Virus record (IMG/VR): IMGVR_UViG_3300011337_000396
Span: 1 to 37,646 of that record
Direction: 5' to 3' (one strand)
DNA length: 37,646 nucleotides
Source of the DNA: a virus
Taxonomy: Duplodnaviria; Caudoviricetes
Of this stretch, positions 8,910 to 17,651 are shown one piece after another. Numbering within the stretch: the stretch's first letter is position 1; every line of letters starts with the position of its first letter. A program made the position numbers and the translations under genes. The notes under the pieces are model-generated. The model did not search any database and was not told where the DNA came from. It saw only the letters and a program-made list of their open reading frames with translations.

Positions 8910-9413
8910 TCAGACGCTAAGTGCTGCCACCTTCGCCTGAAAATTCTGAACGCGGATGTCAAGCGCGCGCTTTTCAACATCCAGCTTAGCCGCCACGGCG
9001 TCAAGAGCCGCCGCGCGGTCGGACAGTTCGCGCTCCAGATAAGCGGTTTTGGCGGCGATGTCGGCTTCCTGCTTAGCCAACTGCGCTACCTTCGCCTCCA
9101 TTTCAGTAGTAAAGGCGGCCTCGCGGTCGGCCTGCGCCTTCTCGCGTCCGGCGACCATAGCCTCCTTGGCCTTGGCGCTTGTAAGGGTCGCCTTGGCGGC
9201 GGCGGTCATGGCGTCAGCCTCGACGCGGGCCTGCGCGAGCGCCGCGTCAGCGGCGGCTTTGGCGGCGTTGATCTCGTCAACCGCCATCATCGCGCCCTGG
9301 CGCTTCTCCAGCTCGTCACGCAGAGCGGCCATACGGGCCAGATCGAGCGGCAGTTGCTTGGTGAAGTAGGCGACAAAATCTACAGGACCGCCGTCATTAG
9401 AGATGCTTGGCAT
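8910..9413 (-). CDS. Hypothetical coiled-coil protein
   Basis: 167 aa Ala/Glu/Lys-rich helical ORF tiling the operon. Confidence 0.75.
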   Translation of the reverse strand: MPSISNDGGPVDFVAYFTKQLPLDLARMAALRDELEKRQGAMMAVDEINAAKAAADAALAQARVEADAMTAAAKATLTSAKAKEAMVAGREKAQADREAAFTTEMEAKVAQLAKQEADIAAKTAYLERELSDRAAALDAVAAKLDVEKRALDIRVQNFQAKVAALSV

Positions 9414-9424
9414 CGTTGGCCCCT

Positions 9425-9730
9425 TTAGGCATAAAAGCTGACGTTGAGTTCAGCGCCGCCCGTAATCTCAATGAACTGGATCTTGGACAGGTCGCCGTCG
9501 TACTGGAGCGTGACGCCAGCAGCGAGCGGCATACCGACGCTGGCAGTCGGAGCCACGCCGTCGTCCCGCCAGCGAACCGCCTGTGTGTAAGCGGTTATGA
9601 GGGCGATGGTCGGCTTCTGGTTCATGCCGGTCTTGTCAACCGTCGGCACCGTCAGCGTTTTGGCAGTGCTGAGGCCAGTGATCTGCTGGTAGCCAAGGCA
9701 AGACGTGATTGCCTTCAGGTTAACGGCCAT
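9425..9730 (-). CDS. Hypothetical small beta-rich protein (possible virion component)
   Basis: 101 aa, VRWRDDGVAPTASVGMPL motif, AGGAG RBS. Confidence 0.75.
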   Translation of the reverse strand: MAVNLKAITSCLGYQQITGLSTAKTLTVPTVDKTGMNQKPTIALITAYTQAVRWRDDGVAPTASVGMPLAAGVTLQYDGDLSKIQFIEITGGAELNVSFYA

Positions 9731-9861
9731 TACGACATTCTCCTGCGTTGCGTAAAGGATAGCGCGGCGGTCCGTATCTCAACAAAGACCTGTTGAACGG
9801 TGGTAACGATAGCGGAGAAGAACCCGCCTGCGAAGAAGTTACCACCGAAAAACGGACCCAC
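9730..9861 (-). CDS. 43-aa Phe/Gly-rich peptide (MGPFFGGNFFAGGFFSAIV...FTQRRRMS)
   Basis: Not in the ORF track; AAGGGG RBS, GTG start, TAATG coupling to the next gene, lies just downstream of a promoter. Confidence 0.6.
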   Translation of the reverse strand: MGPFFGGNFFAGGFFSAIVTTVQQVFVEIRTAALSFTQRRRMS

Positions 9862-9890
9862 GACGCGCCCCTTGAAGGCAAACCTTTACT

Positions 9891-9920
9891 TTTATAGCAC
9901 TTTGATATTGCGCGTGTCAA
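9891..9920 (-). promoter_or_regulatory. Sigma70-type promoter upstream of the scaffold/coat cluster
   Basis: TTGACA-N18-TATAAA (with GC before the -10) in an AT-rich intergenic gap. Confidence 0.7.
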
Positions 9921-9922
9921 AA

Positions 9923-10318
9923 TCACTCGCCGGGAATGGGAGCGGGCGGCTTGATCGGCGTGATCGGCGGGACCTGAGCGGCGGCCGCAGCGGCAGCCTG
10001 CTGTTGATCCCACTGGAACGACTGCTGGAGCAGCGTGTTCATCACGCCCTCGGCGTAGGCCGTAATGGCCTCGTTGGGAGTGGCGGCCCGCGTCACCCAC
10101 GCCTGCTGGTCAATGAACTCCGGCGGGTCGTTCGGGTCCGGCTGGTCGGGGGACCACGCAGGGTTGGGGACCTGTTGCTGGACGTTTTCCGTCACCTGCC
10201 CGTAAGAGGTCGCCGCCATCAGGTAGGCGACGATGCGCTCGCTGTCGGCGTCGGAGAGTTCCATCTGGACGTTCAGCGTCAACTGGGGGCTGCTGACCCC
10301 GTAGGTAACAAGAGCCAT
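9923..10318 (-). CDS. Hypothetical protein, possible fibre assembly chaperone
   Basis: 131 aa, Pro/Gln-rich; second gene after the fibre; TAATG coupling. Confidence 0.6.
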   Translation of the reverse strand: MALVTYGVSSPQLTLNVQMELSDADSERIVAYLMAATSYGQVTENVQQQVPNPAWSPDQPDPNDPPEFIDQQAWVTRAATPNEAITAYAEGVMNTLLQQSFQWDQQQAAAAAAAQVPPITPIKPPAPIPGE

Positions 10319-10494
10319 TATTCTGTCTCCTGCTTTGGCGCGTTGGCCTCAGCCACGGCCTTCTCCAACTTCTCAAACAGCGGCACGGCGGCCTTGGCCC
10401 CCTGAAGTCCGGTTGCCTTAACGGCGGCATCCAGAAGAGCGCCAAGCGCCTGCAACTCGCTGCTGTTGAACTCAATGCTGATCGTCGGTTCCAT
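10318..10494 (-). CDS. Small helical protein after the fibre gene (chaperone-like)
   Basis: 58 aa from ATG 10494 (MEPTISIEF...LLDAAVKATGLQGAKAA). Confidence 0.65.
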   Translation of the reverse strand: MEPTISIEFNSSELQALGALLDAAVKATGLQGAKAAVPLFEKLEKAVAEANAPKQETE

Positions 10495-10568
10495 GTCAGT
10501 TCTCTCTAAGCGCCCATCCGGTAGAGAGACTGCCGGGCCGGATGGGCTCGCTCCCGACAGTGTTGGGG

Positions 10569-12131
10569 TTACAGCGCCACGCACGGCACCTTATACGCCG
10601 TGCCGGTGGCATCATAGAGGACCAGATAACCGTCGGGTATGATGGTTCCTGCGGTGTAGTTGGTCTCGGTCGTCAGCTTGCCTTGAATGTTCGTGAAGGC
10701 GCTGTCGTCCGCAAGGCGGACTTGCAGGGATGTGGTGCTGCGCTTGAGGGCGGGGAACGACGAAGTGATCCCCGTAAAGCGGACCATCATGTTGCTGTTC
10801 GAGCCGCTGGTATAGCGAAAAGTAAAGCCTGACGACGCAGCACCAATATATGAAATGCTGCTTGCCGTAATTAATTGCATGTCTGCTACAAGCACGACGC
10901 CGCTTGTAGCTGCGATATTGATGCGCTCAGTTCCGCCGCCGTCTGTAAAGCTCACCGATCTGGCTACGCCTGTCCCCAACACTTGGGGGCCAATAGTGAG
11001 AACATTCGACGCCCAGCGAATTGACGCCCGCTCATAATTGCTCGCATCCGTGTACGTGTTGTACACGTTGAACGTCTGCGCGTTCGTCCCATTGCGGAGG
11101 GCGAGCGTGTTCGCGGCGTCGCGGGCGAGGATGAGGTCTGTAACCCCCGACGCGCCTGTCACGCCCGCCGTGTTGCTCCATGCAAACACGTAATCTGACG
11201 ACAGCTTAACAACAGGATAGTTAATTTCTACAGCAAGCGTGTTGGCTTGCGAGATATTAATGACGCCGACACTTCTAGAATATATGTTTGCTGTGCTTCC
11301 GCTGAAGGATATCCCCCCGCTCTGGAACGCGCCCGGATGAAATATAGCGCCGCGCGTTGACCCAGACAGAGTAAGCACATCCGCCAACGCATTCTGCGCC
11401 GTGCCGCTGCTGCCCGCAGGCGCAACTTGGAAGATGATGCTTCCGCCAGCGCCCGTCCCGGTCCCCTGCGAGCCCGTGATCGTCAGGTTTGCGCCAGCCG
11501 TGTTAGTCGTGCCAGCGACAACGGACTGGACGGAGAGGGTCTGTGCGACAGGCGCGGCGGCGTCGGCCGCGCCAAAGCGAAGGTTGGCAGCGGCGCGGCG
11601 GGTGAGGGGCACATCTAGCCAGCCGAAATTGGCACTGTTTTGGGCAATAGAAATGTTGTTGGAGTATAAAAAGACCCCACCGCCAGCTCCGGGGTTTAGG
11701 GCTATATTTTGTCCGGTAGATGACGCAAGTTCAAATGTTGCGGAAGTCGGCCCCGTAACAATACCAGACCTCGACACCGTAAATTGGTTTACGCCGCCCC
11801 GCTGCAACTGAAACAACAGCGAACCAGCCGCGCTCGCCGTGTCCGTGAAGTTCGCACGCAGCCCCGTAAACGTAACAGCCGCGTTGTTCCACGTCTGCGT
11901 GAGATCAAGAACAGGCGCGGAGGCCGTGACCGTCGCGCCGGTCAGGGTCAGAGAGCGCGTGGTGTCGTTCCACGACGTGCCGGACATGCCAGCAAGATCG
12001 CCGCCGCTATTGTATTGAAGCTCGCCGGACGTACCGGAAACTGTAAACGAATGGTTTGCGTTCCATGCCGTCGCGCCCGTAGCGCTAAACGTGCCGTCCG
12101 CAGGGGTGGAATGCGTGATTGTCAGGGGCAT
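10569..12131 (-). CDS. Fibre/spike-like receptor-binding protein
   Basis: 520 aa, Thr/Ser/Gly/Ala-rich beta content; internal repeat LTRRAAANLRF / LARDAANTLAL; lower-GC patches. Confidence 0.7.
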   Translation of the reverse strand: MPLTITHSTPADGTFSATGATAWNANHSFTVSGTSGELQYNSGGDLAGMSGTSWNDTTRSLTLTGATVTASAPVLDLTQTWNNAAVTFTGLRANFTDTASAAGSLLFQLQRGGVNQFTVSRSGIVTGPTSATFELASSTGQNIALNPGAGGGVFLYSNNISIAQNSANFGWLDVPLTRRAAANLRFGAADAAAPVAQTLSVQSVVAGTTNTAGANLTITGSQGTGTGAGGSIIFQVAPAGSSGTAQNALADVLTLSGSTRGAIFHPGAFQSGGISFSGSTANIYSRSVGVINISQANTLAVEINYPVVKLSSDYVFAWSNTAGVTGASGVTDLILARDAANTLALRNGTNAQTFNVYNTYTDASNYERASIRWASNVLTIGPQVLGTGVARSVSFTDGGGTERINIAATSGVVLVADMQLITASSISYIGAASSGFTFRYTSGSNSNMMVRFTGITSSFPALKRSTTSLQVRLADDSAFTNIQGKLTTETNYTAGTIIPDGYLVLYDATGTAYKVPCVAL

Positions 12132-12134
12132 GGG

Positions 12135-12497
12135 TTACGCCAAGAACTTGAGTTTGTAGAGGGTGGAGTAGTACAGCCCCAAAATCTCGTCGATGATGTT
12201 CTGGAGCGGCGTGCACTCTTTTTCGACCACATCGTATCGCATTTTCATCAGCTCCTCGACCTGATCCTCAAGGAACTCAACGATGTTGTTGGTCTTTTTG
12301 GCCGACATAAGCGCAATCGGCCCAATCAGGCCATACTTTCCCTGATAGGCTTCCGCAAACTTGTCCGCCAGATCGACAATTTCGTCGTAAAACGTGTTCA
12401 GCGCGCTGTGTTTGGCGAACGAACGGGTGTTAAGATGAACGCTGTGGGCCACATCGCGGGCCAAAAATAGCGTTCCGATAAACTTTTCGCAGCTCAT
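12135..12497 (-). CDS. Ferritin/Dps-like four-helix protein (DUF5856-like)
   Basis: HSVHLNTRSFAKHSALNTFYDEIVDLADKFAEAYQG resembles the Dps H-x11-H...D..AE metal-ligand pattern. Confidence 0.7.
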   Translation of the reverse strand: MSCEKFIGTLFLARDVAHSVHLNTRSFAKHSALNTFYDEIVDLADKFAEAYQGKYGLIGPIALMSAKKTNNIVEFLEDQVEELMKMRYDVVEKECTPLQNIIDEILGLYYSTLYKLKFLA

Positions 12498-14578
12498 TGA
12501 GGCGTCCCTTCAGCCATCATCGGCAGTTCTTCGCGCATCGGAGTGTTTCCGGGCACCAGATCGCCGGTATCGACCGCCGCCGCGATGGTCCCCATCACGA
12601 TTTCTTGGATCTGCTCGAACGTCATCCCAGCCTGAACAGCCGAAATACGCTTGGTTTCGGCCTCGTACGCCTTGATCTGAAGCTCTTGAGCTTCCATCGA
12701 CTGCTCGACGCGCTGCAACATGCCGACGACTTGGTTCAGTTCCTGCGTCAGCATGTCAAGCTGCATCTTGGCGGCCTGCATCTCAGGCGACTGGTCCTCG
12801 CCTTCCATGACCTTCGGATCGATGATCTTGGCGAACCGCGCAGCCATCTCCTGCGCACCAGGCCAGTCCATGTTCTTGATGAACAGGTCGCCAGCGACGC
12901 TCCAGAGCTGCGGGTTGGACTGAAGCAGCATGGACATGGCGTCCAGCGCTTCCTGCCGCTTGGTCATGTAGCCAGGCCCGGTCGTGACCATGACGTCGTA
13001 AACGCCCACGGACGGGTTGTAGATCTTCTCCAGCACAATGCCGTTCTCGTCCCGGATCTCTTTGACCGGCTCGGGCTGCGTCGGGTTGATCTTCACCATA
13101 TCGACGTTGCCGTCGATGCCGATGATGCGTGCAATGCGTTCAGTGTCGTAGATCTTAGGGATAAGGTCGATCAACTGCCGCGTGACGTGCCGGACGGCGC
13201 GGGCGAGGTTATCGACGTAATGGTATGTACCCGTATCCCCCTGCCGCTCGCGAGCCAGAATGGCGCGGCCGGATCGCTCGTTAGAGGTCGCACCAAGACT
13301 AGAGTCGTACTGACCCGTGGTCGCCTTGATGTCGTCGGATGCGCCCATCTTGGCCTGAATGAGACCCGTCTGAGCCAACGGAGGCGCGGCGCGCTGAGGC
13401 AACGGCAGAGGCGCTCCAGCACCGTCCGTAACATCCGGGTTGACCTCCAGATACGGCCAGTTGTTCGTGTTGGCCGTCTTCCACTGCATCTCGTAGCCTT
13501 CAAACTGGCCGCCGTAGCCAATGAAGGGCGCTTTGGGGGCCAGAGCCAGCATCTCGGCTTCTTGGCTCACCCAGTAGTTGTACATGCGCTGCGCGTCTTT
13601 GGCGTTGCGCACCAGCCCAGAGACGTGCATCTGCCCGTCCACTTCCCACTCGTTGCCGACGACGCGCACGACGGGTATCCACTTGCCCGCCCAGTCGCGT
13701 TCTTCCAGCACCTCGTAGCCGTTGCTCTTAACCCACTTGACCTTCCGGCGGTCAGCCTGTCGGCTGCGCAGCGGCTTGCCGAACATCTGCCGCAGCGCGG
13801 CGTCCTGCGGGGTCTTTTCAAACGCCGTGACGTTACCTGGATACAGGTTCAGCGTGGCCGGGGCGTACTCGTAGAAAAAGTACTCCGCAATCCGCACCAT
13901 GTCCTCAGCCAACCACTGAGCCAACGAGGCGTCGCCGACGCCCTGCGTCTGGATCGACGAGACGGGCATGGCGTCTGGAAATAGCCGCTCGTACTCTTCC
14001 TTGGTGACGTCCTCGGTGATGAAACACCACTTGGCGTCCGCACCGCACGGATCTTGGATCGTCGGGTCCATATAGACCGAAAACGAGTTGCGGATGCGTC
14101 CAATCTTGATGTCCTGATCGAAGCTGTCGTCGCGGATGTACTCCGTCAGGATGCGGATGTACCCTTCGCCATACGTCACCTGGTTATCGCAGGCGGTGTC
14201 GTAGGCAACGTCAGCGTCCGAGATGTACTGTATATGGCGGACCATGCCGTCGAAGATCTCGGCCACCCGCACGTCCGCGCGGTCGTCAGCCGGGATCACC
14301 TTGCCCGAGGGCCGGTTCTGCCGTTGCTCGTTGGTCACTTGCCGGACGTGCTGCGGCAACTTGTTGATCGTCAGGCACGGCCGGGCGTTGATCGTCTGCC
14401 CCTGCACCGATCCGCGCGTAGCCAGAACGTCGGCCGGCCACTGCCAGTTGTTGTCCGGCGAACCCGCCATAAACCGCAAGTCGTCCAGCTCGTCTTCGCG
14501 GGTATCAGAATACGCAGCGATAGCTAGCGAAAACCGCGACCGCATCGTGTCAAGCAGTTCCTTGCGGTCCTTAGCCAT
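12494..14578 (-). CDS. Portal protein (P22-like)
   Basis: 694 aa; RPCLTINKL, GLVRNAKDAQRMYNYW, SGRAILAR, YDVMVTTGP; helical C-terminal barrel region. Confidence 0.93.
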   Translation of the reverse strand: MAKDRKELLDTMRSRFSLAIAAYSDTREDELDDLRFMAGSPDNNWQWPADVLATRGSVQGQTINARPCLTINKLPQHVRQVTNEQRQNRPSGKVIPADDRADVRVAEIFDGMVRHIQYISDADVAYDTACDNQVTYGEGYIRILTEYIRDDSFDQDIKIGRIRNSFSVYMDPTIQDPCGADAKWCFITEDVTKEEYERLFPDAMPVSSIQTQGVGDASLAQWLAEDMVRIAEYFFYEYAPATLNLYPGNVTAFEKTPQDAALRQMFGKPLRSRQADRRKVKWVKSNGYEVLEERDWAGKWIPVVRVVGNEWEVDGQMHVSGLVRNAKDAQRMYNYWVSQEAEMLALAPKAPFIGYGGQFEGYEMQWKTANTNNWPYLEVNPDVTDGAGAPLPLPQRAAPPLAQTGLIQAKMGASDDIKATTGQYDSSLGATSNERSGRAILARERQGDTGTYHYVDNLARAVRHVTRQLIDLIPKIYDTERIARIIGIDGNVDMVKINPTQPEPVKEIRDENGIVLEKIYNPSVGVYDVMVTTGPGYMTKRQEALDAMSMLLQSNPQLWSVAGDLFIKNMDWPGAQEMAARFAKIIDPKVMEGEDQSPEMQAAKMQLDMLTQELNQVVGMLQRVEQSMEAQELQIKAYEAETKRISAVQAGMTFEQIQEIVMGTIAAAVDTGDLVPGNTPMREELPMMAEGTPQ

Positions 14579-14733
14579 TACTTGCCCTTTTTGCCGCTAT
14601 GAGGCTTCTTGGCCGCCGCCCGCTGCGTGCTATACGCGATGGCGACAGCCTGTTTTGCGGGCTTTCCGGCAGCCACTTCAGCCTTGATGTTCTTGCGGAA
14701 GGCCTCTTTTGAGGCGGACTTCACCAAAGGCAT
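14578..14733 (-). CDS. 51-aa Lys-rich basic peptide
   Basis: MPLVKSASKEAFRKNIKAE...KQAVAIAYS...KKGK; true start 14733; TAATG coupling to the portal gene. Confidence 0.75.
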   Translation of the reverse strand: MPLVKSASKEAFRKNIKAEVAAGKPAKQAVAIAYSTQRAAAKKPHSGKKGK

Positions 14734-14734
14734 G

Positions 14735-14887
14735 TCACTTGCCCTTCTTCGCCGTCTTAGCCGACTGTTTGAACGCCGCCGCAGTCGGAGCGCCTTTGCT
14801 GCCCGGCTTCCGCATCTTTTCGCCAGATCCGGCGGCAATGCGAGCTTTCTTGGCGTTGATGTTGGCGTAAAGACCGGTCTTAGCCAT
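14735..14887 (-). CDS. 50-aa Lys-rich basic peptide
   Basis: Not in the ORF track: MAKTGLYANINAKKARIAAGSGEKMRKPGSKGAPTAAAFKQSAKTAKKGK; TGATG coupling upstream. Confidence 0.8.
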   Translation of the reverse strand: MAKTGLYANINAKKARIAAGSGEKMRKPGSKGAPTAAAFKQSAKTAKKGK

Positions 14888-15144
14888 CAGCACTTCCACC
14901 TTTTCATGCTCGCCTTAGCGCGCTCGGCGTTGTCAGACTTTGCTACGACCCCCGCCATCCGGGCACAAAACGACTTTTTGCGGCCCTTGTCGGCGTCAGT
15001 CTTCGGGTTCGGAGCTGGCGGCTTGAGGTTCGAGCCCGTCTCCCGATTGTACTTGGCGCGGCCCTTAGCAGTAAGGCCCGCACCCTTATTCGTCGGCAGC
15101 TTCTCGCCGCGACCAACCGCCAGCGATACGCTTTTCTTAGCCAT
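14887..15144 (-). CDS. 85-aa basic protein (DUF6321-like)
   Basis: GLTAKGRAKYN...RKKSFCARM...KRWKC motif. Confidence 0.75.
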   Translation of the reverse strand: MAKKSVSLAVGRGEKLPTNKGAGLTAKGRAKYNRETGSNLKPPAPNPKTDADKGRKKSFCARMAGVVAKSDNAERAKASMKRWKC

Positions 15145-15554
15145 CAGGCGCAGTGGATCAGGGCGTAGTTGATGGTCACGGCTTCAGACAGCGGCGAAGC
15201 CGAAATGTTGCGCACCGTAATCGACGCCGACCCTACTGCAAGGCCCGACACCCAGCAGTTGTACGCCCCGGCGGTTGCGTTGCCGGAAATGTTCAGGATC
15301 AGGATGTCGTTCACGCTAATCAGCGAGTTGTTCAGCGTAAACGTCACGTTGGTCGTCGCCCCCAGCGAGGCGTTGTTCATCGTGATCTGACCCGCCGAAG
15401 CGTTCAACGTGACCGCCGTAGATTTGCTTGTAGCCTGCGTCACTGAGCCCTGCGCAGCGGCCGTGTAGCCAAACTGATTGCTCGACAGAACGGCGTCAGC
15501 CCCGATAATGTCCTGATCTTCGTAGGCGATGCCAATCGACTTAGTGTTAGACAT
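15144..15554 (-). CDS. Putative virion structural protein
   Basis: 136 aa beta-rich; VTQATSKSTAVTLN...GQITMNNASL. Confidence 0.6.
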   Translation of the reverse strand: MSNTKSIGIAYEDQDIIGADAVLSSNQFGYTAAAQGSVTQATSKSTAVTLNASAGQITMNNASLGATTNVTFTLNNSLISVNDILILNISGNATAGAYNCWVSGLAVGSASITVRNISASPLSEAVTINYALIHCA

Positions 15555-15557
15555 AGG

Positions 15558-17084
15558 TTACGCTCCCATCCAACTGGTAGATGTGTTGACGTTACCGTAA
15601 CCTCGCGTTCGTGTCATGTCAACGCGGGCCTCCCGATGCGCGACTGGGAAAGCGAAAGTAACCGCTATGGCGTCGGCGGCGTCGGGCGAGGCGAGGCCTC
15701 GGGCCTTCATGTCCTTCTTGCTCTCCAAAAAGATAGCCCCCTTGCTGTCGGTCTTCATGAGGGGTCCAATCAGGTCGCTTTTCAGGTTGCGGTCGTTGGG
15801 TATCGCCCCGGTCTTCAACCATTCGCGCATGTCACCCCAGATCTGAGCCCGCAGGTTGCCCCACATGAGCGGGTTGCGGCTCTTGTTACCAAAGTTGACG
15901 CCCCGCACCTTGTAGCGCTGCTCCTTGAGCCGGTCCACGACGCCCGCCCCGAGCCCGCCTTCGTCCACAACCACCAGCGCCGGCTTGTACTCCTCAATCG
16001 CCTCGATCACCCGCCCGACCGTCTCCATCGTGTCGTCGCCGCGATGCCTCTTGATCGCCACAATGTCGCGCCCCTGCCGCACGACGATGACCGTCGAGTC
16101 CGACCCGAACCGCGCCGGGTCCACGCCAATGACGATGGGCGCGCTCAGATCCTTGTACTTGGGCCGTCCCATGGCCTCCTCGACCAGCCGCAGCGGGATG
16201 AACTGATCGTCGGAGGCGTTCGGAAACTCACCGTACACCTCGACGTGCGCTTGGCTGGAGTCCGGCCCGTACTCGTCAATGATCTGCTGATAGACCGCCT
16301 TGTCCGTCCCTTCGACCGACCGCGCGTCCACCGTCTTGGTCCGCCAGAAGTCGCGTTTGGAGTTGAAGCACTCGTAGAAATAGCCCGAGTTGCGGCGGGG
16401 GTTGGAGAACGCCATCCAGAAGCGGTTGGGCGTGTTCTCCGTGAAAAAGCCGGCCGCCACCGACCAGATGGCGTCGTCGATACCCGACGCCTCGTCAAAC
16501 ACCAGCATCACGCCCGAAAAGTTGTGCACGCCCGCGTATGCGTCGGGGTTCTCCGCGCTCCACAGCCGCCCCTCGACGCCCCAGTAGCGCGTGCCCAGCT
16601 TCAGGTCGCGCTCGACCAGCTCCGTCAGCCATTTGGCGGGCATGACGCGGGTGGCGCTGACCTCGAACCAGTGGCTGTTCAGCGACATGCTGAGCCATTT
16701 GGTGATTTCGGCCCACGTCACCGACCGGAGCTGCGCTTCCGAGTTGGCCGACACGATGGTCGTTGAGCCGATGCGCGTGGACAGCATCCAGATGATAAGC
16801 CAGCTCACCAGCGCCGACTTGCCGATGCCGCGCCCCGAGCTAGTGGCCATGCGGAACGTGTTGAAGTCCACCTTGCCGTGGTTGGCCTTGATATGGTCGG
16901 CCAGCTCCTGAAGCACCTCCCGCTGCCACTTGCGTGGGCCGCTGAAGTGCTCAAGAGGCGTGCCCTTCTGACCCCACGGGAACACGAACAGGACGAACTT
17001 GAGCGGGTCGTCCTTCAGCGCTGGCGTCCACAAACGGGCCATCAGCGCCATCTCGTCTTGCGGGGAGTACTGCGGGGTCTGCAT
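15558..17084 (-). CDS. terL: Terminase large subunit
   Basis: Walker A SSGRGIGKS, Walker B LVFDEASG, coupling motif FSNP, nuclease IGVDPARFGSD and SPDAADA. Confidence 0.95.
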   Translation of the reverse strand: MQTPQYSPQDEMALMARLWTPALKDDPLKFVLFVFPWGQKGTPLEHFSGPRKWQREVLQELADHIKANHGKVDFNTFRMATSSGRGIGKSALVSWLIIWMLSTRIGSTTIVSANSEAQLRSVTWAEITKWLSMSLNSHWFEVSATRVMPAKWLTELVERDLKLGTRYWGVEGRLWSAENPDAYAGVHNFSGVMLVFDEASGIDDAIWSVAAGFFTENTPNRFWMAFSNPRRNSGYFYECFNSKRDFWRTKTVDARSVEGTDKAVYQQIIDEYGPDSSQAHVEVYGEFPNASDDQFIPLRLVEEAMGRPKYKDLSAPIVIGVDPARFGSDSTVIVVRQGRDIVAIKRHRGDDTMETVGRVIEAIEEYKPALVVVDEGGLGAGVVDRLKEQRYKVRGVNFGNKSRNPLMWGNLRAQIWGDMREWLKTGAIPNDRNLKSDLIGPLMKTDSKGAIFLESKKDMKARGLASPDAADAIAVTFAFPVAHREARVDMTRTRGYGNVNTSTSWMGA

Positions 17085-17487
17085 CAGTTACGACCTCGTA
17101 CGCGCCGTCTATGACGCGCTGCTGCGCCATCTCAAGGGCGTGGGTGATGGATATGGTCTGCTCGACGTTCACGTCGATGGCCGTGCGCGCCGTCCAGCCG
17201 TGGACGTGCTTCAGCACCTCCAGCGCCGCCTTGGCGTCGCCCGCCGCCGCCGCGTCATGCAACTGCTGCGAGGCCAGCATCTCGCCGTCTGCGCGCCCCT
17301 TCAGTTCGGCCAGTTCGGCCAGCGGGTCGAACTGACACAGACGCCGGTACTCAGACGGCAACATGCCTGCGGCCAGTGCGAGGTTGTCGCCTTTCAGGCC
17401 CATGCGCGCGGCTCTGTAGATTGCGTCCAAGCGCGCCTCGGTCGCCTGCACTTTGCGGGGTTCGTATGGGAGTGATCGCCAATCCAT
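16951..17487 (-). CDS. terS: Putative terminase small subunit
   Basis: Likely start MDWRSLP at 17487; HTH-like N-terminus, helical core GDAKAALEVLKH; directly upstream of terL and overlapping it by 134 nt. Confidence 0.7.
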   Translation of the reverse strand: MDWRSLPYEPRKVQATEARLDAIYRAARMGLKGDNLALAAGMLPSEYRRLCQFDPLAELAELKGRADGEMLASQQLHDAAAAGDAKAALEVLKHVHGWTARTAIDVNVEQTISITHALEMAQQRVIDGAYEVVTDADPAVLPARRDGADGPFVDASAEGRPAQVRPVRVPVGSEGHAS

Positions 17488-17651
17488 GCGAGGACCGTAG
17501 CAGATTTTTAAAAAAAATAAAAAATTTTCTGGTGAACGCTGCGTCGGTTTTGACCGGTCGGGCAGGGCCCCCCCCTGCCCGGTTCTTAACCGTGGCCATA
17601 GGCCTGCCGGCCTTGGGCGCGCGGACGATGCAGCACAGTGAAGGCTAGATC

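Noticed and set aside
10495-10600. Programmed frameshift or readthrough fusing the fibre to the next ORF
   Set aside because: The -1 frame is open across the gap but there is no slippery heptamer before the stop; readthrough hits TAG after 20 codons.
12497-13984. Long antisense ORFs (also 15636-16766, 28793-30151, 26222-27058 and similar)
   Set aside because: Shadow frames of GC-rich genes on the opposite strand, with no motifs or RBS.
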